Notes: generated by a model not told the origin, from the sequence alone. DNA of 64,000 nt from Pseudomonadota bacterium (GCA_963205335.1 CAUJIM010000093.1:3271-67270); one strand, 5' to 3'; positions 42,302 through 54,747 are shown, counted from the stretch's first letter. Made by a program: numbers and translations.

Positions 42302-43237
42302 ATGACCGATTCGTCCGCCGGCACGCAACCCCTTTCCTTCGCCGTCATGGGCGCCGGTGCCGTCGGCTGCTATTTCGGCGCCCTGCTGGCGCGCGCGGGG
42401 CACCCGGTCCGCCTGATCGGCCGGCCCGCGCACGTGCAGGCCATCGCCGCGCACGGCTTGCGGCTGCAAACGGCGACGCAGGATCTGCGCATCCCGATGC
42501 CGGCGGGCACCGACGCCAGCGCCGTCGAGGGCGCCGACGTGGTGCTGCTATGCGTCAAATCCAACGACACGGAGGACGCGGCGCGGCAGATGCTGCCGCA
42601 CCTGGCGGCGGACACGCTGGTCCTGACCCTGCAAAACGGCGTGGACAACGCCGAGCGCGCGCGGGCCGTGATCGGCGGCCGCTGCGAGGTCGCGGCCGCG
42701 GTGGTCTACGTGGCGACGGCAATGGCCGGCCCCGGGCAGCTGCGGCATTACGGCCGCGGCGACCTGCTGATCGCGCCATCGGCGCGCAGCGGGCGCGTGG
42801 CGGCCGAACTGCGCGCCGCCGGCATCCCGACCGACATTTCGGACAACGTCCGCGGCGCCCTCTGGGCCAAGCTGATCATCAACAGCGCCTACAACGCGCT
42901 CTCGGCGCTGTTGCAGCAGCCCTATGGCTGGCTGATGGAGCAGCCCGGGGCCGGCGACGTGATCGCCGACATCGTGGCCGAATGCCGGGCCGTGGCACGG
43001 GCCGACGGCGTGCGGCTGCCCGACGACCTCGGGACCGCGCTGCAGGCCATCCCGAAGACCATGCCCGGGCAGCTTTCCTCCACCGCCCAGGACGTGGCCC
43101 GCGGCAGGCCGACGGAAATCGAACACCTGAACGGCCACGTGGTCCGGCGCGGCAGGGCGCTCGGGGTGCCGACGCCCGTGAACCGCACGCTCGAAGTGCT
43201 GATCCGCATGCTCGAGGCCAGGCCCGCCGGCGGCTGA
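42302..43237 (+). CDS. panE: Ketopantoate reductase family protein
   Basis: GAGAVG, LCVKS, LQNGVDN, WAKLIINSAYN, SST.QD..RGRPTEI..LNG. Confidence 0.88.
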   Translation: MTDSSAGTQPLSFAVMGAGAVGCYFGALLARAGHPVRLIGRPAHVQAIAAHGLRLQTATQDLRIPMPAGTDASAVEGADVVLLCVKSNDTEDAARQMLPHLAADTLVLTLQNGVDNAERARAVIGGRCEVAAAVVYVATAMAGPGQLRHYGRGDLLIAPSARSGRVAAELRAAGIPTDISDNVRGALWAKLIINSAYNALSALLQQPYGWLMEQPGAGDVIADIVAECRAVARADGVRLPDDLGTALQAIPKTMPGQLSSTAQDVARGRPTEIEHLNGHVVRRGRALGVPTPVNRTLEVLIRMLEARPAGG

Positions 43238-43238
43238 A

Positions 43239-43302
43239 TCACCTTTTTTGATAGCTGCCAGCGCACTACCAGCAAGCGCTGGAGCCCGAAAAATGCGTCA
43301 AA
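43239..43302. repeat. Dispersed element copy E7 (immediately after panE stop)
   Basis: ttttttgatAGCtgccaGCGCACT-accag-CAAGCGCtggagcccgaaaaatgcgtcaaa. Confidence 0.85.
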
Positions 43303-43470
43303 CCCGTGCATTCCGCGCGAGCGGCCCATTCTCCATGAAAACCCGCAGCCGAAGCCGAACGAAGAATCTGGCGCCGCGCATGTTTCCACGTTACCATAGC
43401 GCTATCTTTTTTAAGCACCGGCATCTTCGGCCGGCCTCCATCCACCGCTTCCGCGCCAGGAGACACATCC

Positions 43471-43776
43471 ATGGGTTCCAAGGAAAACGCCGCCGTCAAC
43501 CTGCTTCTCGAAAGGCTTGAGCGTCGCTACGCGTTGCGCGTGCTCTGGGCACTGAGAGACGGCCACCCGCAAACCTTCCGCCTGCTGCAGGACAGCGTGG
43601 GCGGCATCACGCCGAACACGCTCAACACCCGGATCAAGGAACTGCGCGAGGCCGGCTTCCTGGACCACGGCAGCGACGGCTACTTCGTCACCCCGTCGGG
43701 GCAGGACCTGCTCAAGCGCCTGTCCGACCTGCAGGCGTTCGCGACGCGGTGGAACGCCGCGCGCACCAGGAAATAA
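43471..43776 (+). CDS. HxlR-type winged-helix regulator
   Basis: RYALRVLWAL.DG.PQTFR.LQ..VGGITPNTLNTRIKEL.EAG, Y.VTPSG. Confidence 0.85.
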   Translation: MGSKENAAVNLLLERLERRYALRVLWALRDGHPQTFRLLQDSVGGITPNTLNTRIKELREAGFLDHGSDGYFVTPSGQDLLKRLSDLQAFATRWNAARTRK

Positions 43777-43846
43777 GGCCGGCGAGGCGCGCCCGCGCGC
43801 CGTCCGGCATCCGCCCTCCCCCATCCCCGCCCATGAAGGAACATCC

Positions 43847-44203
43847 GTGGCACTGACAACCACCGCCTCCGGCCTGCAATACGAAGACCTGCGCACCGGC
43901 CAGGGCGCACCGGCCCAGAGCGGCCAGAACGTACGCGTGCACTACACCGGCTGGCTCCACGAAGAGGGCGGCAAGGGCGCCCGCTTCGACTCGAGCCGCG
44001 ACCGCGGCACGCCTTTCGATTTCACGCTCGGGGTCGGCATGGTGATCCGCGGCTGGGACGAGGGCGTGCAGGGCATGCAGGTCGGCGGCCAGCGCACCCT
44101 CGTCATCCCGGCCGATCTGGGCTACGGCGCGCGCGGCGCCGGCGGCGTGATCCCGCCCAACGCGACGCTGCAGTTCGACGTGGAGCTGATGGCTATCGGC
44201 TGA
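43847..44203 (+). CDS. FKBP-type peptidyl-prolyl isomerase
   Basis: VHYTGWL, FDSS.DR, VIRGWDEGV, GYG.RG...IPPNATL.FDVEL. Confidence 0.95.
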   Translation: MALTTTASGLQYEDLRTGQGAPAQSGQNVRVHYTGWLHEEGGKGARFDSSRDRGTPFDFTLGVGMVIRGWDEGVQGMQVGGQRTLVIPADLGYGARGAGGVIPPNATLQFDVELMAIG

Positions 44204-46259
44204 CCGCCGGGCGGGTCATGAGGCTCACGGCCCAGGTCACGAGCAGCCCCAGCGGCGCCCCGAACACGCCCGCCGAGATCGGCTGGATGCCCCACCACAA
44301 ACCCGGCACGAGCAGCGCCTGCGGCAGCCAGGCGCGCGCGGCGGCGTTGTGGATCACGAGGTAGTACACCGTCACCCCCAGCCCGACCACCATGCCGGCG
44401 ACCGCCGCCTGGCGCGTGGTGCGCCGCCAATAGATGCCCAGCACCATCGCCGGAACGAAGGTGGCCGCGGCGATCGAGAACGAGGCCGACACCAGCGGCA
44501 GGATTTCCGAAGGCTTGAGCGAGGCCACGAAGGCCGCCGTCAGCGCCACCGAGAGCAGCGTGAACTTGGTGAGAATCACGCGCTGCTCGGGCGAAGCCTT
44601 GCGGCGGTTGGACTGGAAGTACAGGTCCCGCACCAGCGCATTGCTGATCGTGAGCAGCAGGCCGTCGGCCGTCGACAGCGCCGCCGCCAGCCCGCCGGCG
44701 GCCACCAGCCCGGAAATCACGTAGGGCAGTCCGCCGATCTCGGGCGTGGCCAGCACCAGCAGGTCCGCCCCCAGGTGCACCTCGCCGAACTGCACGATGC
44801 CGTCGCCATTCATGTCCTGCACCGACAGGAGCGAGGCGTCGACGCGCGCCCACTGCGCGATCCAGTTGGGCAGGTCGTCGAAGCGGCTGCCCACCAGGTG
44901 GGTCATGACCTCGAACTTCACCAGCGCCGCGAGCGCCGGAATGCTCAGGTACAGGAGCGCGATGAACACCAGCGACCAGGCCACGGAAGCACGCGCCCCG
45001 GCGACCGACGGCACGGTGTAGTAGCGTATCAACAGGTGCGGCATGCCCGCGGTACCGAGCATCAGGCAGAACAGCAGCGCGATGAAATTGCGCCGTGAAA
45101 TGTCGTATTGCGCCTGTTGCTCCTCGTTGCCGTCGGGATCGCCGGCGAACGGCTGGCTGTGCCGCGGCAGCCCGCCCAGGGGTTGCGCGCGCTCCTGGCT
45201 CTCGCGCAGCTCGCGCGTCCAGCGCGCCCTGGCCTCGGCCTCGTCGCGCGGCATCGCCACGAGATCGCGGCTCGAGGCCACGATCAGGTCCACGTCGGCG
45301 TTGCGCGAACGCAGCTGCTGGATGCGCTCGCGCGCCTCGCGCCGCTCGCGCTCGAGCGCGGCGGGCACGTCCGCCAGGCGCTCCTGGTATTCGCGCACCC
45401 GCTGCTGGTAGGCGGCGATCACCTGGCGCTCGGCGTCGGAGGCCAGCAAGGCGCTCTCGCGCTCGGCGATCTTGCCCAGCTGCGCGCCATAGGCCAGCGG
45501 CGCCACCGGATTGCCGAGCTGCTTGTACGCGAGCCACGACACCGGTATCAGGAAGGCCAGCAGCAGCACCACGTACTGCGCCACCTGCGTCCAGGTGATG
45601 GCGCGCATGCCGCCCAGGAACGAGCACAGCAGCACGCCGCCCAGCCCCAGCATGATGCCGATCTCGAACTGCACGCCGGTCAGGCGCGAGGCGATCAGCC
45701 CCACCCCATAGATCTGCGCCACCACGTAGGTGAACGAGCACAGCACCGCGCCGATCGCCGCCAGGATGCGCGGCCAGCTGCCGCCGAAGCGCACCTGGAA
45801 GAAATCGGGGACGGTGTAGAGCCGCATCGCGCGCAGCGGCGGCGCGATCAGCATCGCCACCAGCACGAAGCCCCCGGTCCAGCCCAGCATGTAGGCCAGC
45901 CCCCCCGGCACCTCCGGCGTGCCGGCGAAGCCCTGCAGGTACAGCGCGCCCGACAGGCTGATGAACGAAGCCGCGCTCATCCAGTCGGCCGCCGTGGCCA
46001 TGCCGTTGTAGATCGGCGGAATGCGCCGGCCGGCCACGTAGTATTCCGCCGGGTCCGAGGTGCGCCCGTACACGCCGATCACGGCATACATCATCACCGT
46101 GAGAAACAGGAAAATCGGACCTATCCAGTGGCGCGACAGCCCCTGCTGCTCGGCCCACGCCATGACGCCGAGGAAGCCGAGCAGGCCGACGAGGTACAGC
46201 CCCAGGATGCGGTTCAGCCGCCCGGCATAGGAACGCTGCGCGCCAGGGGGTTCAGCCAT
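44193..46259 (-). CDS. Sodium:solute symporter, VC_2705/ActP-like
   Basis: EYYVAGR, NGMATAADWMSAASF, GGMRAITWTQVAQY, GTAGMPH. Confidence 0.9.
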   Translation of the reverse strand: MAEPPGAQRSYAGRLNRILGLYLVGLLGFLGVMAWAEQQGLSRHWIGPIFLFLTVMMYAVIGVYGRTSDPAEYYVAGRRIPPIYNGMATAADWMSAASFISLSGALYLQGFAGTPEVPGGLAYMLGWTGGFVLVAMLIAPPLRAMRLYTVPDFFQVRFGGSWPRILAAIGAVLCSFTYVVAQIYGVGLIASRLTGVQFEIGIMLGLGGVLLCSFLGGMRAITWTQVAQYVVLLLAFLIPVSWLAYKQLGNPVAPLAYGAQLGKIAERESALLASDAERQVIAAYQQRVREYQERLADVPAALERERREARERIQQLRSRNADVDLIVASSRDLVAMPRDEAEARARWTRELRESQERAQPLGGLPRHSQPFAGDPDGNEEQQAQYDISRRNFIALLFCLMLGTAGMPHLLIRYYTVPSVAGARASVAWSLVFIALLYLSIPALAALVKFEVMTHLVGSRFDDLPNWIAQWARVDASLLSVQDMNGDGIVQFGEVHLGADLLVLATPEIGGLPYVISGLVAAGGLAAALSTADGLLLTISNALVRDLYFQSNRRKASPEQRVILTKFTLLSVALTAAFVASLKPSEILPLVSASFSIAAATFVPAMVLGIYWRRTTRQAAVAGMVVGLGVTVYYLVIHNAAARAWLPQALLVPGLWWGIQPISAGVFGAPLGLLVTWAVSLMTRPAVSR

Positions 46260-46572
46260 GCGCCGAAACGTCCTGGCGCGCGGTGGCGGCACGCTCGTCG
46301 CGCTGCTCCAGACGGCGCATCGCCCAGTAGTACGCCCAGGCGACCGCTATGAACACCAGCACCCCGCCCTGCGCCGCCACCCAGTAGCTGAAGGGCCACG
46401 GCCCTACCGGGAACTGCAGGTACAGCGCGAAATAGCCCACGCCGAAGGAGATCAGCGCCCACACCGCGAGCAGCACCAGCTTGAAGCCGAGGTGGCGCAC
46501 GTCGTGCAGCGCCGGATCGAGCGGCACGCCCACCGGCTCGGCGGCTGGGCTGGGCGTCTGCGTGGCGGGCAT
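46252..46572 (-). CDS. DUF4212 small membrane partner of the symporter
   Basis: W...SFG, PFSYWVAAQG...VF, Y...M.RLE; overlaps the symporter start. Confidence 0.85.
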   Translation of the reverse strand: MPATQTPSPAAEPVGVPLDPALHDVRHLGFKLVLLAVWALISFGVGYFALYLQFPVGPWPFSYWVAAQGGVLVFIAVAWAYYWAMRRLEQRDERAATARQDVSAHG

Positions 46573-46592
46573 GCGCGCGGGTGGGAGACCGG

Positions 46593-48983
<2,391 letters not shown>

Positions 48984-49179
48984 GGGAAAGCTCCAGAAGT
49001 TGAAACCGGGTCTGCGGCCACGCCCTGGCATGCGGGCAGGCAAGCGCCCATGCAGCCTTTTCGGCTTTGTCGTTGGAGGTGTAGGCCAGCGCGCTGCATG
49101 GTGTGGGGAATTCGGATAATCGCGCGATTGTAGGCCTGCGCCACCCCACGTCACCGCCGCACTCCATCCACCGCCACCC

Positions 49180-50001
49180 ATGAACGAACGCACCGTATTT
49201 TTTGTCTCCGACGGCACCGGCATCACCGCCGAGACCTTCGGCAACGCCATCCTCGCGCAGTTCGACATCGAGCCGCGGCGCGTGCGCCTGCCCTTCATCG
49301 ATTCGGTGGACAAGGCGCACCAGGCGATGCGCCAGATCAACCACACGGCGGAGCTGGAGTCGCGCAAGCCGCTGGTCTTCACCACGCTGGTGGACATGCA
49401 GGTGCTCAAGGTCATCCAGCAAGGCTGCAAGGGCATGATGCTCGACATGTTCGGCACCTTCGTGCAGCCGCTGGAAGACGAGCTGGGCATCAAGAGCCAC
49501 CACCGCGTGGGGCGCTTTTCCGACATCAGCAAGAACAAGGACTACCACGACCGCATCGAGGCCATCAACTTCAGCCTGGCGCATGACGACGGCCAGACGC
49601 ACGACGACCTGGCCGGCGCCGACGTGATCCTGGTGGGCGTGAGCCGCAGCGGCAAGACCCCCACCAGCCTGTACCTGGCGATGCAGCACGGCCTGAAGGC
49701 GGCCAACTACCCGCTGATCCCCGAGGACTTCGAGCGCAAGCAACTGCCGCCCGCGCTGGTGCCGTTTCGCAAGAAGATCTTCGGCCTCACCATCAGCCCC
49801 GAGCGCCTGTCGGAGATCCGCAGCGAGCGCCGTCCCGGTTCGCGCTATGCCAGCATCGAAAACTGCCGCGCCGAGGTGCACGAGGCCGAGGCCATGATGC
49901 GCCGCTCGGGCATCCGCTGGCTCTCGTCCACCACCAAGTCGATCGAGGAGATCGCCACCACCATCCTGCAGGAAATCCGGCCCGAGCGGCTCAGCTACTG
50001 A
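49180..50001 (+). CDS. ppsR: PEP synthase regulatory kinase/pyrophosphorylase
   Basis: [33 protein letters not shown]; divergent from ppsA. Confidence 0.96.
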   Translation: MNERTVFFVSDGTGITAETFGNAILAQFDIEPRRVRLPFIDSVDKAHQAMRQINHTAELESRKPLVFTTLVDMQVLKVIQQGCKGMMLDMFGTFVQPLEDELGIKSHHRVGRFSDISKNKDYHDRIEAINFSLAHDDGQTHDDLAGADVILVGVSRSGKTPTSLYLAMQHGLKAANYPLIPEDFERKQLPPALVPFRKKIFGLTISPERLSEIRSERRPGSRYASIENCRAEVHEAEAMMRRSGIRWLSSTTKSIEEIATTILQEIRPERLSY

Positions 50002-50551
50002 CCTCCGGGCACAGGCCGCGGTAGGCCCCGTCCCAATACAGCAGGGGCGCACGCGCCGGCGCCGCGCCGGCGACGGTGTGCACCCGCGCCAGCACCATCA
50101 CCTGGCCGTGGCGCGGCACGAGCTCCTCGACCTCGCAGCCGAGCCCGACGATGGCGTCGGCCAGCACCTGCGCCCCCGGGGCCACGCGCGTCCATTGCGC
50201 CCCCGCATACCGCGCCGCGCCCGACGCGCCGGAAAAGCCCGAGAAACGCCGGGCCACGGCTTCGTCCGACGGAGCCAGTAGGCTCACCCCGAGCGCGCTG
50301 CCAACGCGCAGCGCCCGCGCCGTGGAGCACCGGGCGGCTAGGCTCAGCGCCAGCACGGGCGGGTCCACGCTGAAGGAGCTGACCGAGCTGGCCACGCAGC
50401 CGGTCGGCCCCTGCTCGCCCTCGGCGGTGAGCACGCACACCGATCCGGCAAACGCGCGCATCGCGAGGCGAAAGCCGTCGCCGTCGGCCGGCACCGGCAG
50501 GCCGGCGCGGGCCATGGCATCGGGACTGGTGCGCTGCAGCATGGGATCCAC
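49991..50551 (-). CDS. Flavin reductase family protein
   Basis: FRLAMR.FAGSV.VLT, SFSVDPP, PLLYWDGAY. Confidence 0.87.
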   Translation of the reverse strand: MDPMLQRTSPDAMARAGLPVPADGDGFRLAMRAFAGSVCVLTAEGEQGPTGCVASSVSSFSVDPPVLALSLAARCSTARALRVGSALGVSLLAPSDEAVARRFSGFSGASGAARYAGAQWTRVAPGAQVLADAIVGLGCEVEELVPRHGQVMVLARVHTVAGAAPARAPLLYWDGAYRGLCPEVSS

Positions 50552-50555
50552 TCCC

Positions 50556-51653
50556 TCAGCGGATGCCGCGTGCCGACAGGATGGGCAGCACGGTGTCGCG
50601 GAAGTACGGGAATTCCTTAACGTAGTCGAGGAACGAAAGCGTGGTGCCGCGGAAGCCCGCCTCGTGCAGCTGGGTGATGCCGTCGGCCACCTGCTCGGGC
50701 GTGCCCACCAGAGGAAAGCCGCCGTGGCCCGTGGCCATGCGTTCGCGGATCAGCGCCAGCAGATCGTGCGGGAAGCTGTGCGCGTGGGCGAACTGCAGGC
50801 GCACCAGGTTGTCCACGGCGCCCCAGTCGGCGTTGTCGAGCTGGCGCTTGAGCTCGGCCTTGGCCTCGGCCTCGGTCGGGCGGCAGACCACGTGCGAGAA
50901 GGTCAGCACGCCGACCTTGCGCCCCTTGCCCGCGGCCTGCGCCTTGAGTTCGGCGATTTCATCCTTCGAGCGCGCCAGGTCGATCGCGGGCGTGAACAGG
51001 AAGTTGACGTTGCTGGTGGCGAAGTCGCGCCCCTGCCCCGAGCCGGCGGCGTTGACGATGGGCGGCGTGACCACGGGGTGCGGCCAGCCGTAGCTGCGCG
51101 TGGTCTTCCAGTACTTGCCGTTCCAGTCGAAGGGCTGGTCGGCGCTCCAGAGCTTGCGCACGAAGTCGAACCATTCCTGCGCGTAGCCGTAGCGTGTCTC
51201 GTGGTCGTCGGGCAGGGTCAGGCCCAGCGCCTCGTATTCCGGCTTGTTCCAGCCCGCGACGATGTTTAGGCCGATGCGCCCGCCGCTGGCCTCGGACAGC
51301 GTGGCGATCTGCTTGGCCAGCACCACCGGGTGATTGGCCACGGTGTGCATGGTGGCAAACGCCGTGATGCGCTTGGTGTGCGCCAGGATGGTGGCGGCCC
51401 AGGTCATGGTCTCGAGCACGGTGCCGTGGAAATCGGTCTCGCCGCCGTAGCCGATCCAGCGCGCGATCGGCAGCATGAAGTCGATGCCCGCGTCATCCAG
51501 CAGCCTGGCGAGCTTGAGGTTGTTCTCCATCGTCGCCTGCCAGCGGTCGGGCAGCTTGGAGACCGTCATCCCGCCGGAGCAGTTGGACGAGAACGTGGCC
51601 AGCAGGAACTTGTCGTGCTGCAGAAAGGGGTGTTGCGCGGTGGGTTGCGACAT
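50556..51653 (-). CDS. Luciferase-like (LLM) flavin-dependent monooxygenase
   Basis: LPIARW.GYGGETDF, HPVVLAKQIAT, GRIGLNIVAGW, NAAGS..GRDFA, LVGTPEQVAD. Confidence 0.92.
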   Translation of the reverse strand: MSQPTAQHPFLQHDKFLLATFSSNCSGGMTVSKLPDRWQATMENNLKLARLLDDAGIDFMLPIARWIGYGGETDFHGTVLETMTWAATILAHTKRITAFATMHTVANHPVVLAKQIATLSEASGGRIGLNIVAGWNKPEYEALGLTLPDDHETRYGYAQEWFDFVRKLWSADQPFDWNGKYWKTTRSYGWPHPVVTPPIVNAAGSGQGRDFATSNVNFLFTPAIDLARSKDEIAELKAQAAGKGRKVGVLTFSHVVCRPTEAEAKAELKRQLDNADWGAVDNLVRLQFAHAHSFPHDLLALIRERMATGHGGFPLVGTPEQVADGITQLHEAGFRGTTLSFLDYVKEFPYFRDTVLPILSARGIR

Positions 51654-51780
51654 GCGTAGGCTCCTTGAAACGACGTGGTGCGGATTTGCAGCCCGCGGGT
51701 GGGTGAAACTGTTGCTATCCTTGAATCTCAGCGCTGCGGGCCGATGCGCCGCGCCGGCGCGCCGACCCGAGAGGCAGGCC

Positions 51781-52377
51781 ATGACGACCCCATCCCCCCC
51801 CACCGCCGCGATCGACGAAGACCACTTCTGGCACCTGGCGCGCAGCGACACCGGCGTGGCGGTGACGGATTTCGAGTTCGCGCTGATGCGCACGGCCGAG
51901 TCGTTCGCCCGCTGGCAAACCGAATGCCTGGCGGCGGTGACCGGCGCGCAGCTGTCGGGCGGGGAAAACGCCATGCTGCACGTGATCTGCATGCACCAGC
52001 AGCCCAAGACGGTGCGCGAGCTCATGCACATGACCAACCGCAGCGACCTGCCCAACGTGCAGTACGGGCTGCGCAAGCTGATGCAGCTGGGCTTCGTGAC
52101 CAAGAGCGGCAGCGCCCGCAAGGGCGTGTTCTACGCCGGCACGCCCAAGGGCATCCGCGTCTGCGAGGATTACGCCAGGCTGCGCGAGAAGCTGCTGCTC
52201 AGGGGCGCGCAGGCCGTGCCCGGTCTCCTGGAGCGGGCGCAGACCATCCACGACCAGCTCGAGGCGCTGGAGCGCCTCTACGAATCCGTGACGCGCGAGG
52301 TGGCTACCTTCCACCGCAGGCATCTCGGGACAGCCCCGAAGGGCATGGACGGGTTGCATGATCGACAATCAAATTGA
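51781..52377 (+). CDS. MarR-like winged-helix regulator
   Basis: TDFEFALMR..ESF.RW..ECL, NR.D.PNVQY.LRKL...G.V.K, Y..T.KG; divergent from LLM gene. Confidence 0.82.
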   Translation: MTTPSPPTAAIDEDHFWHLARSDTGVAVTDFEFALMRTAESFARWQTECLAAVTGAQLSGGENAMLHVICMHQQPKTVRELMHMTNRSDLPNVQYGLRKLMQLGFVTKSGSARKGVFYAGTPKGIRVCEDYARLREKLLLRGAQAVPGLLERAQTIHDQLEALERLYESVTREVATFHRRHLGTAPKGMDGLHDRQSN

Positions 52378-52399
52378 TTTTCTATTTGATATTCAATCA

Positions 52400-52413
52400 T
52401 TGATTTAAATCAA
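52400..52413. promoter_or_regulatory. FNR/Anr consensus box
   Basis: TTGATTTAAATCAA = perfect TTGAT-N4-ATCAA in an AT-rich intergenic tract. Confidence 0.5.
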
Positions 52414-52614
52414 AAATCCGGGCATCGGGTCAAACCCTGATAGATGTAAATATTTGAAGTTTGAAGTTCTTTCATCCCTGCCCTGGGGACCGGCGGCGCA
52501 ACCCTGCTGGTGCACCATAATCGTCCCACACATGGAACGCTGTGAAGAAATTTTGCGGTCTAGCGCAAGTTTGAATCCATTTTTACAATGGATGCGCAAC
52601 CAAAGGAGCTTTTC

Positions 52615-53496
52615 ATGAAACAGGTCGAGCACGTCTTCAGCGCACCGCAGGGCCACTGGGTGGGCGACGGTTTCCCCGTGCGCACGCTGTTCAACTACCA
52701 CCAGCACGCGCCCCTGCTCTCGCCGTTCCTGATGCTGGACTACGGCGGCCCGGCCACGTTCGAGCCCACCGGCGCGCGCCGCGGCGTGGGCGAGCACCCG
52801 CACCGCGGCTTCGAGACCGTCACCATCGTGTTCGACGGCGAGGTCGAGCACCTCGACTCCACCGGCCAGGGCGGCACCATAGGCCCGGGCGACGTGCAGT
52901 GGATGACCGCGGCCAGCGGCATCCTGCACGAGGAATTCCATGGCCGCGACTGGGCGCGCCGGGGCGGCAGGTTCGAGATGGCCCAGCTCTGGGTCAACCT
53001 GCCCGCGCGCGACAAGCGCGCCGCGCCCGGCTACCAGGCCATCACCGCCGCGCAGATCCCCACCGTCCAGCTTCCCGGCGGTGCGGGCAGTGCGCGCGTC
53101 ATCGCCGGCGAACTGCTGGGACACCAGGGCCCGGCGCGCACCTTCACGCCGATGCAGGTGTGGGACCTGCGCCTGAACGCCGGCAGCCAGGTCGATCTGC
53201 CGCTGCCCGAGGGCTGGAACGCCGCCGTCGTCGTGCTCGAAGGCCGCGTGCGGGTGGGCGAGACGCCCGCGGGCGACGCGCAGACCGTGCACCTGGGCCG
53301 CGCGGGCAGCGGCGCGGTCGTCGCGGCGGAGAGCGGCGCGCACCTGCTGGTCCTCTCGGGCGAGCCGATCGACGAGCCCATCGCCGCCTACGGCCCGTTC
53401 GTCATGAACACGCAGGCGGAGATCCGCCAGGCCTTCGCCGACCTGCAGAGCGGGCATTTCGGCGAACTGCCGCGGGCAACGCCCGCCCCGGCCTGA
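52615..53496 (+). CDS. Pirin family protein
   Basis: HWVGDGFPV, HPHRGFETVT, QWMTAASGI.HEE, QLWVNLP, GPFVMN; AAGGAG upstream. Confidence 0.95.
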   Translation: MKQVEHVFSAPQGHWVGDGFPVRTLFNYHQHAPLLSPFLMLDYGGPATFEPTGARRGVGEHPHRGFETVTIVFDGEVEHLDSTGQGGTIGPGDVQWMTAASGILHEEFHGRDWARRGGRFEMAQLWVNLPARDKRAAPGYQAITAAQIPTVQLPGGAGSARVIAGELLGHQGPARTFTPMQVWDLRLNAGSQVDLPLPEGWNAAVVVLEGRVRVGETPAGDAQTVHLGRAGSGAVVAAESGAHLLVLSGEPIDEPIAAYGPFVMNTQAEIRQAFADLQSGHFGELPRATPAPA

Positions 53497-53589
53497 CAGG
53501 CGCTGGCCCGAAACACCACCGCGCCGCGACCCCGAGTGGCTGCGGTCGCGGCGCGCCTTCGCTGGCGCCGGCAGGCCGATCGGCCCACA

Positions 53590-54747
53590 ATGCCCCGCAT
53601 GTCTTCGCCGCGGCGCATCGCTTTCCTTCTTTTCGCCGCGGCGCTGCTGCTGGCCGCGTCGGCGCGCGCCGCCCTACCGCTGGCCAGCCTGCGCGTTCCC
53701 GCGGGTTTTCACGTCACGCTGTACAGCGACGCGGTGCCTAACGCCCGCGCCATGGCGCTGGGCGCCGGCGGCACGGTGTTCGTCGGGTCTTTTGCCGAAG
53801 GCAAGGTCTATGCGCTTTCGGGCATCGATGACCAGGGTCGCGCCAAACACGTGTACCTGATCGCCCAAGGGCTGGAAATGCCCGTCGGCGTCGCCTTCCA
53901 CCATGGCGATCTCTACGTCTCGGCCGTCAGCCGCATCCTCCGATACCCGGACATCGAGCGCCACCTGGCCGATCCGCCCAAGCCCGTGCTCGTCACCGAC
54001 AAGCTGCCGGGCAAGACCCATCACGGCTGGAAGTTCATCGCCTTCGGTCCCGACGGCAAGCTCTACGTGCCCGTGGGCGCGCCGTGCAACGTGTGCGACG
54101 CGGGAGAGGACTTCGCGCGGATCATCCGCATGAACGCCGACGGCAGCGACTGGCAGACGGTGGCCGCGGGAGTGCGCAACTCGGTCGGCTTCGACTGGCA
54201 GCCGGCCACGCAGACCTTCTGGTTCACCAACAATGGCCGCGACATGATGGGCGACGACATCCCGGCCGACACGCTCAACCGCGTCGACCGCGCGGGCCAG
54301 AACTTCGGCTTTCCCTACTGCCACGCCGGCGACGTGCCAGACCCGGAATACGGCCGCGGCCGCCCGTGCAGCGACTTCGCGCAACCCGCGGCGCGCCTGG
54401 GCGCGCACGTGGCGGCGCTGGGAATGCGCTTTTACACCGGCGCGCTGTTTCCACCAGCCTACCGCAGCGCCCTCTTCATCGCCGAGCACGGCTCGTGGAA
54501 CCGCTCGCGCAAGGTCGGCTACCGCGTCGTCGTGGCACACGTCGACGCCAGCGGTCAGGTGGGCCGGGTCGAGCCCTTCCTCACCGGGCTGCTGGATGGC
54601 CAGCAGACGCTCGGCCGCCCGGCGGACGTGCTGGTGCTGGCCGACGGCAGCCTGCTGGTATCCGACGATTTCAACGGCGCGATCTACCGCATCACCTATT
54701 CCGCACCGGCCAGGACCCCTGCCAGTCCGGGTGCGGCGGCGCGCTGA
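53590..54747 (+). CDS. PQQ-dependent sugar/sorbosone dehydrogenase family beta-propeller protein (exported)
   Basis: HHGWKFIAFGPDGKLY...GAPCNVC, GVRNSVGFDW, HGSWNR, GRPADV, VSDD. Confidence 0.9.
   Translation: MPRMSSPRRIAFLLFAAALLLAASARAALPLASLRVPAGFHVTLYSDAVPNARAMALGAGGTVFVGSFAEGKVYALSGIDDQGRAKHVYLIAQGLEMPVGVAFHHGDLYVSAVSRILRYPDIERHLADPPKPVLVTDKLPGKTHHGWKFIAFGPDGKLYVPVGAPCNVCDAGEDFARIIRMNADGSDWQTVAAGVRNSVGFDWQPATQTFWFTNNGRDMMGDDIPADTLNRVDRAGQNFGFPYCHAGDVPDPEYGRGRPCSDFAQPAARLGAHVAALGMRFYTGALFPPAYRSALFIAEHGSWNRSRKVGYRVVVAHVDASGQVGRVEPFLTGLLDGQQTLGRPADVLVLADGSLLVSDDFNGAIYRITYSAPARTPASPGAAAR

Noticed and set aside
43396-43416. ATAGCGCTAT palindrome and GCT-N10-AGC upstream of the HxlR-type gene
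   Set aside because: Spacing is off by one and box B is missing; could be an autoregulatory operator but too short to support.
53620-53680. Possible element copy in the PQQ-dehydrogenase signal peptide
   Set aside because: Core WGCWKCYNGCGC and the 5-nt spacing are not met.
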